64,000 bases of DNA from Gemmatimonadales bacterium (GTDB taxonomy: Bacteria; Gemmatimonadota; Gemmatimonadetes; Gemmatimonadales; GWC2-71-9), in the NCBI GenBank assembly GCA_041613315.1, contig JBFJHJ010000002.1, positions 32,001 through 96,000 on the forward strand. The letters run 5' to 3'. Numbering within the stretch: position 1 is the first letter of the stretch; each line of letters begins with the position of its first letter. The notes under the pieces are model-generated. The model had not been told where the DNA came from. It ran no database searches and saw only the letters and a program-made list of their open reading frames with translations. The position numbers and the translations under genes were made by a program. Shown here one piece after another: positions 39,213 through 48,454 of the stretch.

Positions 39213-39574
39213 ATGCGGCTGCTCGTGTTGCTCGCCGCGGGCACCCTCGCCCGCTACGCCTTGGGAGGGTGGATCCAGCCGGCGGGATCGACGTTCCCCT
39301 TGGGGCCGCTGGGGGTGAACTGCTGGGCGGCTTCGCGCTCGGGTTCCTGATGCGGTTCCTGCTCGGCGCGAACGTCGCGTCGCCCGACCTGCGAGCCGCC
39401 CTCACGATCGGGTTTTGCGGAGCCTTCACCACGATGAGTACGTTCTCCTACGAGACGGTCGCCCTGCTGCAGGACGGCGAACACCTGCGGGTCGCCGGCT
39501 ACGTCTTCGGCACCTTGCTGGGCGGCGTCGCCGCCGTACTCGGCGGCATGGCGCTCGGCGGCCGCCTGCTCTAG
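39213..39574 (+). pseudogene. crcB: Fluoride channel CrcB/Fluc, frameshifted
   Basis: Frame 1 GTLARY...FPLGPLGVN stops at TGA 39348; another frame continues LLGGFALGFL...GFCGAFTTMSTFSYE; one base missing near 39320. Confidence 0.8.
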
Positions 39575-39588
39575 CCGAGAGGTCGCTC

Positions 39589-39795
39589 ATGACCCAGCGC
39601 TTCACCGGAGAGCGTACGCTGATGCGCATTGTTGTCGGAGAGAACGACCGCCACCACGGCAGGCCTCTCTACGAGGCGCTGCTCCACCTCCGCGCGCTTC
39701 TCCCCGACCTCGACGCGATGATCGGCGGAGGGCTCATCACGCTGGAGCGGGCCGAAGTCATCAGGTATCGGCCCGGCAACGCCGCCGAGCGGTGA
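39589..39795 (+). pseudogene. DUF190 (PII-like) protein with large internal deletion (68 aa)
   Basis: N-terminus LMRIVVGENDRHHGRPLYEAL joined directly to C-terminus LPDLDAMIGGGLITLE; central GATVxRG..GFG..DLP core is absent. Confidence 0.72.
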
Positions 39796-40859
39796 CGGGC
39801 ACCCAGTGGACGGCACCCCCGGCCGGCGCCGACGACCGGGCATACTGCGTGGCGATGCTCCCCAAGGTCTCCCGGACGTTCGCCCTCTGTATCCGACTGC
39901 TCCCCCGCCGCCTCGAGCACCCGGTCCTGGTCGCGTACCTGCTGTGCCGCGTCGCAGACACGATCGAAGACGCGACGCAACTCGACCCGGCGGCGAAGGC
40001 ACGGTTGCTTGACGCTTTCGGGCGGTGTCTCGACGAGCACGCGTCCGACCCCGACGGGATCGCGGGCGCGTTCACCGCCCCCGCCTCCGACGAGGAACGC
40101 CTCGCACACAATGCCACAGCGGTGCTTCGGGAGTACCGCCGCCTCGGGGAGGCGCAACAAGCGGCCATCCGGCCCTGGGTCCAGGAGATGTGCCACGGCA
40201 TGGCCGAGTTTCAGCGGGCGAGCGCCGGCGCGGATAGGCTCGAGGCGCTCGCTACCGTGGACGACCTCGACCGTTACTGCTATTTCGTGGCCGGAACCGT
40301 GGGCCACCTCCTCACCGACCTGTTTCGGCTTCATCACGCCGGCGTCGGCCCCCGTCGGTACGGGCGGCTCGTCCGTCTCGCCACGAGTTTCGGGCGCGGG
40401 CTTCAACTCACCAACATCATCAAGGACGTGTCCGACGACCGCCGCCGCGGCTGGAGCTTCGTCCCGAGGCAGCTCTGCGAGCTCGTAGGCATCCGGCCCG
40501 AGGATCTCCACAGTGACGCGCACCGTGACGCCGCGCACCGGGTGATGCTGGCGCTGATCGACAAAGCGAAGGGCCACCTCGTGGATGCCCTCGAGTACAG
40601 CACCACGCTCCCCCGCCGCGCGTACGGGATCCGGCTGTTCTGCCTCACCTCGCTCTACTTCGCCGTGCGCACGCTGCGACTCGCGGAGCGGGACGCCCGC
40701 CTGCTGGATCCGGCGCACAAGGTCAAGATCTCCCGGGGCGACGTGCGCCGCACGCTGGTGGCGACGCGGATCGTGGCGCCGAGCAACGCGCTCGTTCGGG
40801 GATACTTCAGGGCCTTGGCCGGCGCGGGCTGGCACCGGACCGCTCGCGCCCCGTCCTGA
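39792..40859 (+). CDS. Squalene/phytoene synthase family protein
   Basis: [46 protein letters not shown]. Confidence 0.9.
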   Translation: MTGTQWTAPPAGADDRAYCVAMLPKVSRTFALCIRLLPRRLEHPVLVAYLLCRVADTIEDATQLDPAAKARLLDAFGRCLDEHASDPDGIAGAFTAPASDEERLAHNATAVLREYRRLGEAQQAAIRPWVQEMCHGMAEFQRASAGADRLEALATVDDLDRYCYFVAGTVGHLLTDLFRLHHAGVGPRRYGRLVRLATSFGRGLQLTNIIKDVSDDRRRGWSFVPRQLCELVGIRPEDLHSDAHRDAAHRVMLALIDKAKGHLVDALEYSTTLPRRAYGIRLFCLTSLYFAVRTLRLAERDARLLDPAHKVKISRGDVRRTLVATRIVAPSNALVRGYFRALAGAGWHRTARAPS

Positions 40860-41145
40860 GCGCTCACGCCGCCGGGCGCAAAGGTCCGGGGGGGTCGGCG
40901 GTCATGCCCCGGGACGCCGCGAGTGGGCGGCCGTGCCGCGGAGTTGCCGCGCGCCTGAGGTCGGGCATAATAAGGTATGGGCCGCACCCACTCCCCAACC
41001 GCCACCGGCGGACGGCTGCAGGGCACCCACGGGTCTCGGAGCGCCGGCTGCGGAATCCCGACCGACACCGGGCGGGCCGCGGCGATCCCGCGGGCCGGGT
41101 CCGCCGGCGACGGCGTCCATCCCCTTTTCCGACTATCCTGATTCC

Positions 41146-41940
41146 ATGCGCCAGTACCTCGACTTCCTGCGACACATTCTCGACCACGGCCGGCCGAAGT
41201 CCGACCGGACCGGGACGGGGACCGTCAGCGCGTTCGGCTACCAGATGCGGTTCGACCTGGCGGAGGGGTTTCCCCTCCTGACGACGAAGAAGATCCATCT
41301 CAAGTCCGTCATCTACGAGCTGCTGTGGTTCCTCCGGGGGGACACCAACGTCCGATTCCTGCAGGAGCACGGGGTGAGGATCTGGGACGAGTGGGCGGGG
41401 TCGGACGGCGAGCTGGGGCCGATCTACGGCTACCAGTGGCGGTCTTGGCCCGCACCTGACGGACGGCACATCGACCAGCTCGGTGAGGTGGTGCGGCGGA
41501 TCCGGGAGGAGCCCGACTCGCGCCGCCTGATCGTGAGCGCCTGGAACGTGGCCGACCTCCCGCGGATGGCGCTCCCGCCGTGCCACATCCTCTTCCAGTT
41601 CTACGTGGCCGACGGGAGACTCTCGTGCCAGATGTACCAGCGGAGCGCCGACGCCTTCCTCGGAGTGCCCTTCAACGTCGCGTCCTATGCGCTCCTCACC
41701 ATGATGGTGGCGAAGGTCACCGACCTCCAGCCCGGCGAGTTGATCCTCAGCCTCGGGGACGTTCATCTCTATAGCAACCATCTCGAGCAGGCGGAGCTGC
41801 AGCTCACTCGAGAGCCGCGACCGCTGCCGACGATGCGCCTCCGCCCGGACGTCCGGTCGCTCTTCGACTTCGCCTACGAGCACTTCACGCTCGAGGGGTA
41901 CGCGCCACACCCCCACATCCCGGCGCGGGTGGCGGTCTGA
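41146..41940 (+). CDS. thyA: Thymidylate synthase (264 aa)
   Basis: [49 protein letters not shown]. Confidence 0.98.
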   Translation: MRQYLDFLRHILDHGRPKSDRTGTGTVSAFGYQMRFDLAEGFPLLTTKKIHLKSVIYELLWFLRGDTNVRFLQEHGVRIWDEWAGSDGELGPIYGYQWRSWPAPDGRHIDQLGEVVRRIREEPDSRRLIVSAWNVADLPRMALPPCHILFQFYVADGRLSCQMYQRSADAFLGVPFNVASYALLTMMVAKVTDLQPGELILSLGDVHLYSNHLEQAELQLTREPRPLPTMRLRPDVRSLFDFAYEHFTLEGYAPHPHIPARVAV

Positions 41941-42437
41941 TCGTCTCTCTCATCGCCGCGATGGCGGAGAACCGAGTGATCGGTGGAGACAACGCCGTAC
42001 CGTGGCACCTCCCGGCCGACCTCAGGCACTTCAAGACCCTGACGACCGGCCATCCCCTGATCATGGGCCGACGGACGTTCGAGTCGGTCGGGCGGCCGCT
42101 CCCCGACCGGCGGACGATCGTCCTCACGCGTGACCCGGGGTTCCGACCGGCGGGCGTCGAGGTGGCACGCGACCTCGACGACGCGCTCGCCCGTGCTGGC
42201 GACGCCGAGGAGGTCTTCGTCGCCGGCGGCGCCGAGGTCTATCGCTCAGCCCTGCCGCGAGCCGACCGGCTCTACCTCACCGTCGTCCACGCGGTCGTCC
42301 CCGGCGACACGGTGTTCCCCGAACTGGATCTCTCCGACTGGCACCTCGACCGTGAGGAGCATCACAAAGCCGACGAGCGCCACGTTCACCCCTTCACCAT
42401 CCGGTTCTACTCCCGCCGAGGTCGACCGCGCGCGTGA
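41937..42437 (+). CDS. folA: Dihydrofolate reductase (probable CTG start)
   Basis: (M)[47 protein letters not shown]. Confidence 0.93.
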   Translation: MIVSLIAAMAENRVIGGDNAVPWHLPADLRHFKTLTTGHPLIMGRRTFESVGRPLPDRRTIVLTRDPGFRPAGVEVARDLDDALARAGDAEEVFVAGGAEVYRSALPRADRLYLTVVHAVVPGDTVFPELDLSDWHLDREEHHKADERHVHPFTIRFYSRRGRPRA

Positions 42438-42467
42438 TCGGGCGCACCGCCCGCGATCGGATCCGCG

Positions 42468-42548
42468 AAAAAAAGCGAAAAAACCTATTGCATATCTACT
42501 CGCCGTTCCTTATCGTGTTGCGCAACGACAACTCCAATCGGAGTTCCA
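42468..42548 (+). promoter_or_regulatory. Promoter and structured leader of the ATP-grasp/GNAT/KamA operon
   Basis: A-tracts 42468-42483, TTGCAT(42488)-17 bp-TATCGT(42511), palindrome GTTGCGCAAC (42517-42526), hairpin AACTCC-AATC-GGAGTT covering the SD. Confidence 0.6.
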
Positions 42549-43640
42549 TTGCGCATAGGACTCGCGTTCAATCAACGACCGGACAGCGCCGCCATGGCAA
42601 GCGGCGTCGACGGCAGCGCACCCCCACGATCGTTCCATGCGGTCGACGCCTTCGTTGAATGGGACGAGCCCGAGACGATCGACGCCGTCGCGGACGCGCT
42701 ACAGCCCCTCGGCGAGGTGGTGCGCCTGGAGGCGGTGGAGGGCTTCCCCGCCCGCCTGTGGGACGAGCAGGTGGACTTCCTCTTCAACATGGCGGAGGGA
42801 CTACGCGGGCCGAATCGTGAGGCTCACGTCCCCGCCATCGCCGAGTTCCTCGGCGTCCCCTACCTCGGCAGCGATCCGCTCACCCTGGCGCTCGCGCTCC
42901 ACAAGGCCCGCGCCAAAGACGTATGGACCGCCCGCCGGGTGCCGACGGCGCCGTTCTTGGTCGTCGAGTCCGACGCCGACCTCAGCGCGCTCGAGGCCTC
43001 GCGGCACTACCCCCTGTTTCTCAAACCCATGTGGGAGGGATCATCGAAGGGGATCTCGGAGGCGAGTTACGCGGAGACCCCGGCGGAGGCTGTCGCCCGT
43101 GCTCGGGAGTTGCGGGAGGCCTACCAGGAACCGGTGCTCGCGGAGGCGTTCCTCCCCGGCGACGAGTTCACCATTGCGGTCCTCGGTAATCGGGGCGAGG
43201 CCCGGTGCCTGCCCATCATCCGGTACCGGTTCAGCGAGCTCCCGTCGGGTGCCCTGCCGATCATGGGCTACGAGGCGAAGTGGTTCTGGGATCGACCGGA
43301 GACGCCCATGGATATCCTCGAGTGTCCCGCCGCGGTCCCCAGTCGGCTCGCCGCGCGACTTCGCTGGACGGCGCTCGCCGCCTATCACACGTTGGGCTGC
43401 CGCGACTGGGCGCGGGTCGATCTGCGGCTCGATGCCGACGGCCGCCCGCACGTGATCGAGGTCAATCCGCTCCCCGGCCTCATCCCCGATCCCGCCGCCC
43501 ACAGTTGCTTCCCGCGTGCGGCCGCCGAGGCCGGCATGACGTACGCGGACCTGATTCAGCAGGCGACGCGCATCGCGTGGCGCCGGCTCACCGGCCACGA
43601 CCTGCCGCAGGTGCCGCCGCTGGTGGAGGCCGTGTCGTGA
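42549..43640 (+). CDS. D-Ala-D-Ala ligase-like ATP-grasp protein 1 (non-canonical)
   Basis: FNMAEG, YLGSD, LKPMWEGSSKGI, EAFLPGDEF, YEAKW, ARVDLR, IEVNPLPG; TTG start. Confidence 0.85.
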   Translation: MRIGLAFNQRPDSAAMASGVDGSAPPRSFHAVDAFVEWDEPETIDAVADALQPLGEVVRLEAVEGFPARLWDEQVDFLFNMAEGLRGPNREAHVPAIAEFLGVPYLGSDPLTLALALHKARAKDVWTARRVPTAPFLVVESDADLSALEASRHYPLFLKPMWEGSSKGISEASYAETPAEAVARARELREAYQEPVLAEAFLPGDEFTIAVLGNRGEARCLPIIRYRFSELPSGALPIMGYEAKWFWDRPETPMDILECPAAVPSRLAARLRWTALAAYHTLGCRDWARVDLRLDADGRPHVIEVNPLPGLIPDPAAHSCFPRAAAEAGMTYADLIQQATRIAWRRLTGHDLPQVPPLVEAVS

Positions 43641-44662
43641 AGATCGCGGTCCTCTATGACGGCGGCGCGGCGGACTGGAGTCCGCAGGACATCCAGTCCG
43701 TGCTGGAGCCGGTGGCCACCGTGAGCCGCGCGCTCCGGTCGGCCGGCCACCGGGTCGTGGCCGTCCCCGTGCAGCCGGGGCTCACGTGGTTCGATGCGGT
43801 CCGCCGGTGTGATCTGGTGTTCAATCTCTGCGAGGGTGTGGGCGGCATCAGCCACCTGGAGTACAAGGTCGCGTCCGTTCTCGATCTGGCCGGCATCCGG
43901 TACACCGGGGGGTCGGCGTGGACCATGACGGTCTGTCACCGGAAGCCGTTGCTCAACGCGGTGCTCGCGGCGGAGGCGCTCCCGGTACCGGAGTGGGTGG
44001 TGCCCAACGGCGACGTGCCCGATCCCGTGCCGTTGCCCGCCCTGGTGAAGCCGGCGGCGGAAGACGCCAGCGTCGGGGTGGATCAAGGATCGGTCGTCAC
44101 GACCCGAGCAGAGTTGGAGGCGCGGGTCGCGAAGGCCACGCGGCAGTTCGGCGAGGTCATCGTGCAGCGCTACGTCGCGGGACGGGAGTTCGCCGTCGCG
44201 TTCGTCGGCGACGAGACGTTGCCCCTCTCGGAGATCGACTTCAGTCGGATGCCGGGAGGCGCGTGGCCTATACTCTCGTTCGACGCCAAGTGGAAGCCCG
44301 GAAGCCCCGAGGATCGCGGCACGCGGCCCGTGTGTCCCGCGCGCGTGGACGACGCCCTCGCAGCGCGGCTCGTCGCGACGGCCCGGGCCGCCTGGCGCGC
44401 CGTCCGAGGGTACGGCTATGGGCGGGTGGACTTTCGGGTGGACGCCGACGGCCGCCCGTGGGTGCTCGAGGTGAACCCCAACCCCGATATCTCGACCGAT
44501 GCCGGGTTGGCGAACATGGCACGCGCCGCGGGATGGACCTACGACGAGCTGGTACTCCGCATCCTCGGTGCCGCCATGGGGACCCCGGACGACCTGCCAC
44601 CGTTCCGGTCGGCGGAGCTCGCGTGGTCTGCAGCCGGCGCCGGCGCCGAGGAGCCCGTGTGA
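43637..44662 (+). CDS. D-Ala-D-Ala ligase-like ATP-grasp protein 2 (non-canonical)
   Basis: FNLCEG, YTGG, VKPAAEDASVGV, YVAGREF, FDAKW, GRVDFR, LEVNPNPD; GTGA overlap with upstream gene. Confidence 0.85.
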   Translation: MKIAVLYDGGAADWSPQDIQSVLEPVATVSRALRSAGHRVVAVPVQPGLTWFDAVRRCDLVFNLCEGVGGISHLEYKVASVLDLAGIRYTGGSAWTMTVCHRKPLLNAVLAAEALPVPEWVVPNGDVPDPVPLPALVKPAAEDASVGVDQGSVVTTRAELEARVAKATRQFGEVIVQRYVAGREFAVAFVGDETLPLSEIDFSRMPGGAWPILSFDAKWKPGSPEDRGTRPVCPARVDDALAARLVATARAAWRAVRGYGYGRVDFRVDADGRPWVLEVNPNPDISTDAGLANMARAAGWTYDELVLRILGAAMGTPDDLPPFRSAELAWSAAGAGAEEPV

Positions 44663-45183
44663 CGCGCGCCGGTGACGCGGTCATCGTGCTGCGAGGGCCG
44701 CGGGCCGGCGAGCTGGAACGCGTCCGGGAGCTCGTCCGCGCCGCGGGCGTCTTCCGGCCCGAGGAGGTAAACGTGGCGATCGAGGTGTTCGAAGGCGCCG
44801 TGCGGTCCCCTGGCGTCGACTACCTCGGCATCGGGGCCTACGAGGATGATCGCCTCGTCGGGTTCACGCTCTTTGGGCCGACGCCCTGCACCGTTGGCAC
44901 GTGGGATCTGTACTGGATCGTGGTGGACCCGGCGGTTCACCGACACGGCGTGGGTCGCCGCCTGATGACGGCGGCGGAAACGGCGATGGCCCAACGAGGC
45001 GCCCGCCTGGTGGTGGTGGAGACCTCGTCGCGCGCCGACTACGAGCCCACACGCGCCTTCTACGACGCCCTGGGGTATGCCCGGGCGGCGCGGATCGCCG
45101 ACTACTATGCGCCCCGAGACGACCTGGTCGTCTTCCGCAAGAGCCTCGTTTCTTCAACCGGCGAGACGACCCGCGATGGCTGA
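44659..45183 (+). CDS. GNAT family N-acetyltransferase
   Basis: DLYWIVVDP, HRHGVGRRL acetyl-CoA motif A, VETSS, FYDALGY; GTGA overlap. Confidence 0.88.
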   Translation: MTRAGDAVIVLRGPRAGELERVRELVRAAGVFRPEEVNVAIEVFEGAVRSPGVDYLGIGAYEDDRLVGFTLFGPTPCTVGTWDLYWIVVDPAVHRHGVGRRLMTAAETAMAQRGARLVVVETSSRADYEPTRAFYDALGYARAARIADYYAPRDDLVVFRKSLVSSTGETTRDG

Positions 45184-46330
45184 TTGGCAGAAGCGGCTGC
45201 GCGAGCGCGGCCTCCGAACCCTGGAGCAGCTCGTCGAGAAGTTCGGCGCCGAGCATTTCCCGGACCTCGAGCGGCTGCAACTCGCCGTGGAGAACTTCGA
45301 GTTCCGGATCTCGCCCGCCATGGTCGATCTCATCCAGGAACCGGACGATCCGATCTGGCGCCAGTACGTGCCCACGCTGGAGGAGCTCGAAGTCGTTGAC
45401 GGCGTCCTCGACAGTCTGAACGAGGATGCCGACAGCCCGGTGCCCAACATCACGCACCGCTATCCGGATCGCGCCCTCTTTCTCGTCAGCCCCGTTTGCG
45501 CCGCCTATTGCCGGTTCTGTACGCGGCGCCGCAAGGTGGGCGACCCGGAGAAGATCCCGATGGCGCAGCTCGAGAGCGCCTTCCAGTATCTCGAGGAACA
45601 TCGGGAGATCCGGGACGTGATCCTCTCCGGCGGCGACCCGATGCTCCTGTCGGACCGTCGCCTCGATGCCATCCTGACCCGTCTCCGGAAGATCCCGCAC
45701 CTCGAGATCCTTCGCATCGGGAGCCGCGTTCCCTGCCACCTCCCGGAGCGGATTACGCCCGAGCTCTGCGCGATCCTCGCCAAGCACCACCCGTTCTACA
45801 TCAACACGCACTTCAACCACCCCGCCGAGCTCACGCCGGCGGCGATCCGCAGCCTGGGAATGCTCGCCGATGCCGGTATCCCCCTCGGGTGCCAGACCGT
45901 GCTCCTCCGGGGCATCAACGATGATGTCGAGGTGATGAAGGAGCTGATGCAGAAACTCCTCGCCGCCCGCGTCCGCCCGTACTACATCTACATGTGCGAT
46001 AACGTGGCGGGGGTGGAGCACTTCAAGACGACGGTGGCCAAAGGCCTCGAGATCATCGAGGGTCTCCGCGGATGGACCAGCGGTCTCGCCGTCCCGCACT
46101 TCGTGATCGACGCACCAGGCGGCGGCGGCAAGATTCCCCTCCTCCCGGAGTACGTCGAGCAGATCACCGACGACGAGGTGGTGCTCCGCAACTTCCGGGG
46201 GGACCGCTACGTGTGGACGCAGCCCCGGGAGGAGATCCTGGCGGCCGCCGACGTCGGCGGGCGCTCGTACGCGATGCACGTCACGACCGGTAACGGCCGG
46301 CGACGGGCGAGGAAGCGGAAGCGGGCGTAG
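45176..46330 (+). CDS. KamA-family radical SAM enzyme (lysine 2,3-aminomutase-like)
   Basis: HRYPDR, CAAYCRFCTRRR, SGGDP, HFNHP, VLLRGIND, PYY..CD, SGLA, IDAPGGGGK (PLP lysine). Confidence 0.93.
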   Translation: MADWQKRLRERGLRTLEQLVEKFGAEHFPDLERLQLAVENFEFRISPAMVDLIQEPDDPIWRQYVPTLEELEVVDGVLDSLNEDADSPVPNITHRYPDRALFLVSPVCAAYCRFCTRRRKVGDPEKIPMAQLESAFQYLEEHREIRDVILSGGDPMLLSDRRLDAILTRLRKIPHLEILRIGSRVPCHLPERITPELCAILAKHHPFYINTHFNHPAELTPAAIRSLGMLADAGIPLGCQTVLLRGINDDVEVMKELMQKLLAARVRPYYIYMCDNVAGVEHFKTTVAKGLEIIEGLRGWTSGLAVPHFVIDAPGGGGKIPLLPEYVEQITDDEVVLRNFRGDRYVWTQPREEILAAADVGGRSYAMHVTTGNGRRRARKRKRA

Positions 46331-46360
46331 GCGCGCCCGTCGCCTCCCGCCGCGCCTCGA

Positions 46361-48454
46361 TCACTTGCCGTTGTCGCGCTCCTTCTTCCGCTCCTCAATG
46401 ATCTTCTGGGCGACCTCCGGCGGCACTTCCTGGTAGCTGGCGAACTGCCAGCGGAACGTGCCGCGCCCGTGCGTGATCGAGTGTAACTGCGTGGAGTAGC
46501 GATACATCTCCGCTTCCGGCACCTGGGCCCGGACCTTCGTGAGCCGGCCGTCCGGCTCGCTGCCCAGGATCTGACCCCGGCGCGCCGAGAGATCCCCCAT
46601 CACCTCGCCGAGGTTATCCTCCGGCGCCCAGACCTCGACGTCGAGGATCGGCTCCAGGATCACCGGTTTGGCGTTCTGTGCGACGTCCCGGAATGCGTGG
46701 ATCCCCGCCATCTTGAAGGATTGCTCGTTGCTGTCCACGTTGTGGTAGGATCCGTCGTAGCACTCGACCTTGAAGTCCACGACCGGATAGCCCGCCACGA
46801 CACCGCGCTGCGCGGCCTCCTGGACGCCTTTATCGACCGCCGGGATGTACTTGTTGGGAATCACGCCGCCCTTGATCTGGTCGGCGAACTCGTACCCCGC
46901 GCCTCGCGGCAGCGGCGCGATCCGGATCCAGCAGTCTCCAAATTGGCCGCGGCCACCGGTCTGCTTCTTATGCCGGCCCTGCCCTTCAGCCTTGGCCCGG
47001 AACGTCTCCCGATACGCCACCCGGGGTCGGCTCAGCTCGGCGTGGACGCCGAACTTCCGCGCCAGCCGTCCGATGACGACTTCGAGGTGCCGCTCGCCGC
47101 GGCCGCTGATCAACGTCTGTCCCAACTCCCCGCTGTACTCGTGGTGGAAGGTGGGATCCTCCTCGTGCAGCTTGTGGAGGCCCGTCGACAGCTTGTCCTC
47201 CTCGCCGCGCTGCTTCACTTCGACCGCCATCACGATCAGCGGCTCCGGGAATGGTATCGGCTTCACGATGGCCGGCATCTGGCGGGTCGAGAGCGTGTCG
47301 TTGGTATGCGTATCCCGCAGCTTCGCCACGACCCCGATATCCCCGGCGTGAAGCGCCGAGACCTCGGTCCGCTCTTTCCCCTGTGCCACCGACAGGTGGT
47401 TGAGCTTCTCTTCGGCATTGCGGGGAGCATTGAACGCCGCGGCGCCGTTGGCGACTGATCCCGCGTAGACCCGGAAGAAGGTCACGTCCCCAACGTGCGG
47501 CTCGGAGACGGTCTTGAACACATGCGCCACGAACGATGACTTGTCGGCCTGCGCGAGCGAAATCTCCTCATCGGTATCGGTGCGAAAGGCCTTGATGGGC
47601 GGCAGCTGCGTGGGCGGCGGCACCAGTTCTGCGAGCTTCGTCAGCAGCGCCCGCATCCCGTACGTCTGCTGCGACGAGCCGCACAGCAGCGGGAACACCT
47701 CGCCGGTGAGCATGCCCGCCTTCATTGCCTCGATGACGTCCTCCCTGGGGATCTCCTCGCCGCTGAGGTAGCGCTCCAACAGATCGTCATTCGTGGTGGC
47801 CACCGTCTCCACCAGCTCCTGGGAGTACTTCTCAAGGCGCTCACGGTATGCTTCCGGGACGTCCGTCTCTTCGTACTCGCCGGCCTTCGTCCCCTTCCGA
47901 TACATGTGGCACTTCTTCGAGAAGAGGTTGACGATGCCATGGAACTCCGGCCCTTCGCCGACGGGGATCTCGATCGGGATGACCTTGTTCGTCAAGTGCT
48001 GCCGGATGTCCTGGTACACCTGTTCGAAGTCGGCGTGGTCCTTGTCGAGCAGCGACACGAAGAACAGGCGCGGGATACCGCGCTCCGCGGCGTACTCCCA
48101 CACCTTCTCGGTCCCCACCTCGACCCCGGCCGTGGCGCTGACGACGACGAGCGCCGCATCCGCCGCATGGATCCCCGCAACCGCGTCGCCGATGAAGTCG
48201 AGATACCCCGGCGTATCGATCAGGTTGATCTTGGTGTCTTTCCACTCGGCGTGGGCCAGCGCCAGGCTGATGGAGTACTGCCGGTCGATTTCGTCTTGGG
48301 TGTAGTCGGTGAGGGCGGTTCCGTCGGTGACCGAACCATGCCGCTTGCTGCTGCCGGCCACGAACGCCAAGGCATCGACCAGGGAAGTCTTGCCGCTGGC
48401 GCCGTGGCCGACGACCGCGACATTCCGAATGGACGCTCCTGTGTACTCGCGCAC
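46361..48454 (-). CDS. Elongation factor G paralogue (EF-G2-like, divergent G motifs)
   Basis: Full five-domain EF-G (KQTGGRGQFG, DGSYHNVDS, ILEP); G1 GHGASGKT, G2 RQYSI, G3 DTPGY, G4 SLLD; SD GGAGGT before GTG 48454. Confidence 0.9.
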   Translation of the reverse strand: MREYTGASIRNVAVVGHGASGKTSLVDALAFVAGSSKRHGSVTDGTALTDYTQDEIDRQYSISLALAHAEWKDTKINLIDTPGYLDFIGDAVAGIHAADAALVVVSATAGVEVGTEKVWEYAAERGIPRLFFVSLLDKDHADFEQVYQDIRQHLTNKVIPIEIPVGEGPEFHGIVNLFSKKCHMYRKGTKAGEYEETDVPEAYRERLEKYSQELVETVATTNDDLLERYLSGEEIPREDVIEAMKAGMLTGEVFPLLCGSSQQTYGMRALLTKLAELVPPPTQLPPIKAFRTDTDEEISLAQADKSSFVAHVFKTVSEPHVGDVTFFRVYAGSVANGAAAFNAPRNAEEKLNHLSVAQGKERTEVSALHAGDIGVVAKLRDTHTNDTLSTRQMPAIVKPIPFPEPLIVMAVEVKQRGEEDKLSTGLHKLHEEDPTFHHEYSGELGQTLISGRGERHLEVVIGRLARKFGVHAELSRPRVAYRETFRAKAEGQGRHKKQTGGRGQFGDCWIRIAPLPRGAGYEFADQIKGGVIPNKYIPAVDKGVQEAAQRGVVAGYPVVDFKVECYDGSYHNVDSNEQSFKMAGIHAFRDVAQNAKPVILEPILDVEVWAPEDNLGEVMGDLSARRGQILGSEPDGRLTKVRAQVPEAEMYRYSTQLHSITHGRGTFRWQFASYQEVPPEVAQKIIEERKKERDNGK

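Noticed and set aside
39305..39325. Programmed -1 frameshift or G5 phase variation rescuing crcB
   Set aside because: No X-XXY-YYZ slippery heptamer; adding a G to the run would remove the conserved Asn; other lesions indicate decay
40860..41145. Folate- or ZTP-type riboswitch in the 286-bp gap before thyA
   Set aside because: No consensus I can recognise, and a -10 box 6 nt before the ATG suggests a leaderless mRNA; an Rfam scan would settle it
42549..44662. Vancomycin-resistance (van) cluster
   Set aside because: No vanH, vanX, vanY or vanRS, and the ligase motifs do not match Van ligases
45176..46330. Calling the radical SAM gene epmB, ablA or fermentative kamA
   Set aside because: No efp/epmA, AblB-length acetyltransferase or kamDE nearby, so no gene symbol was assigned
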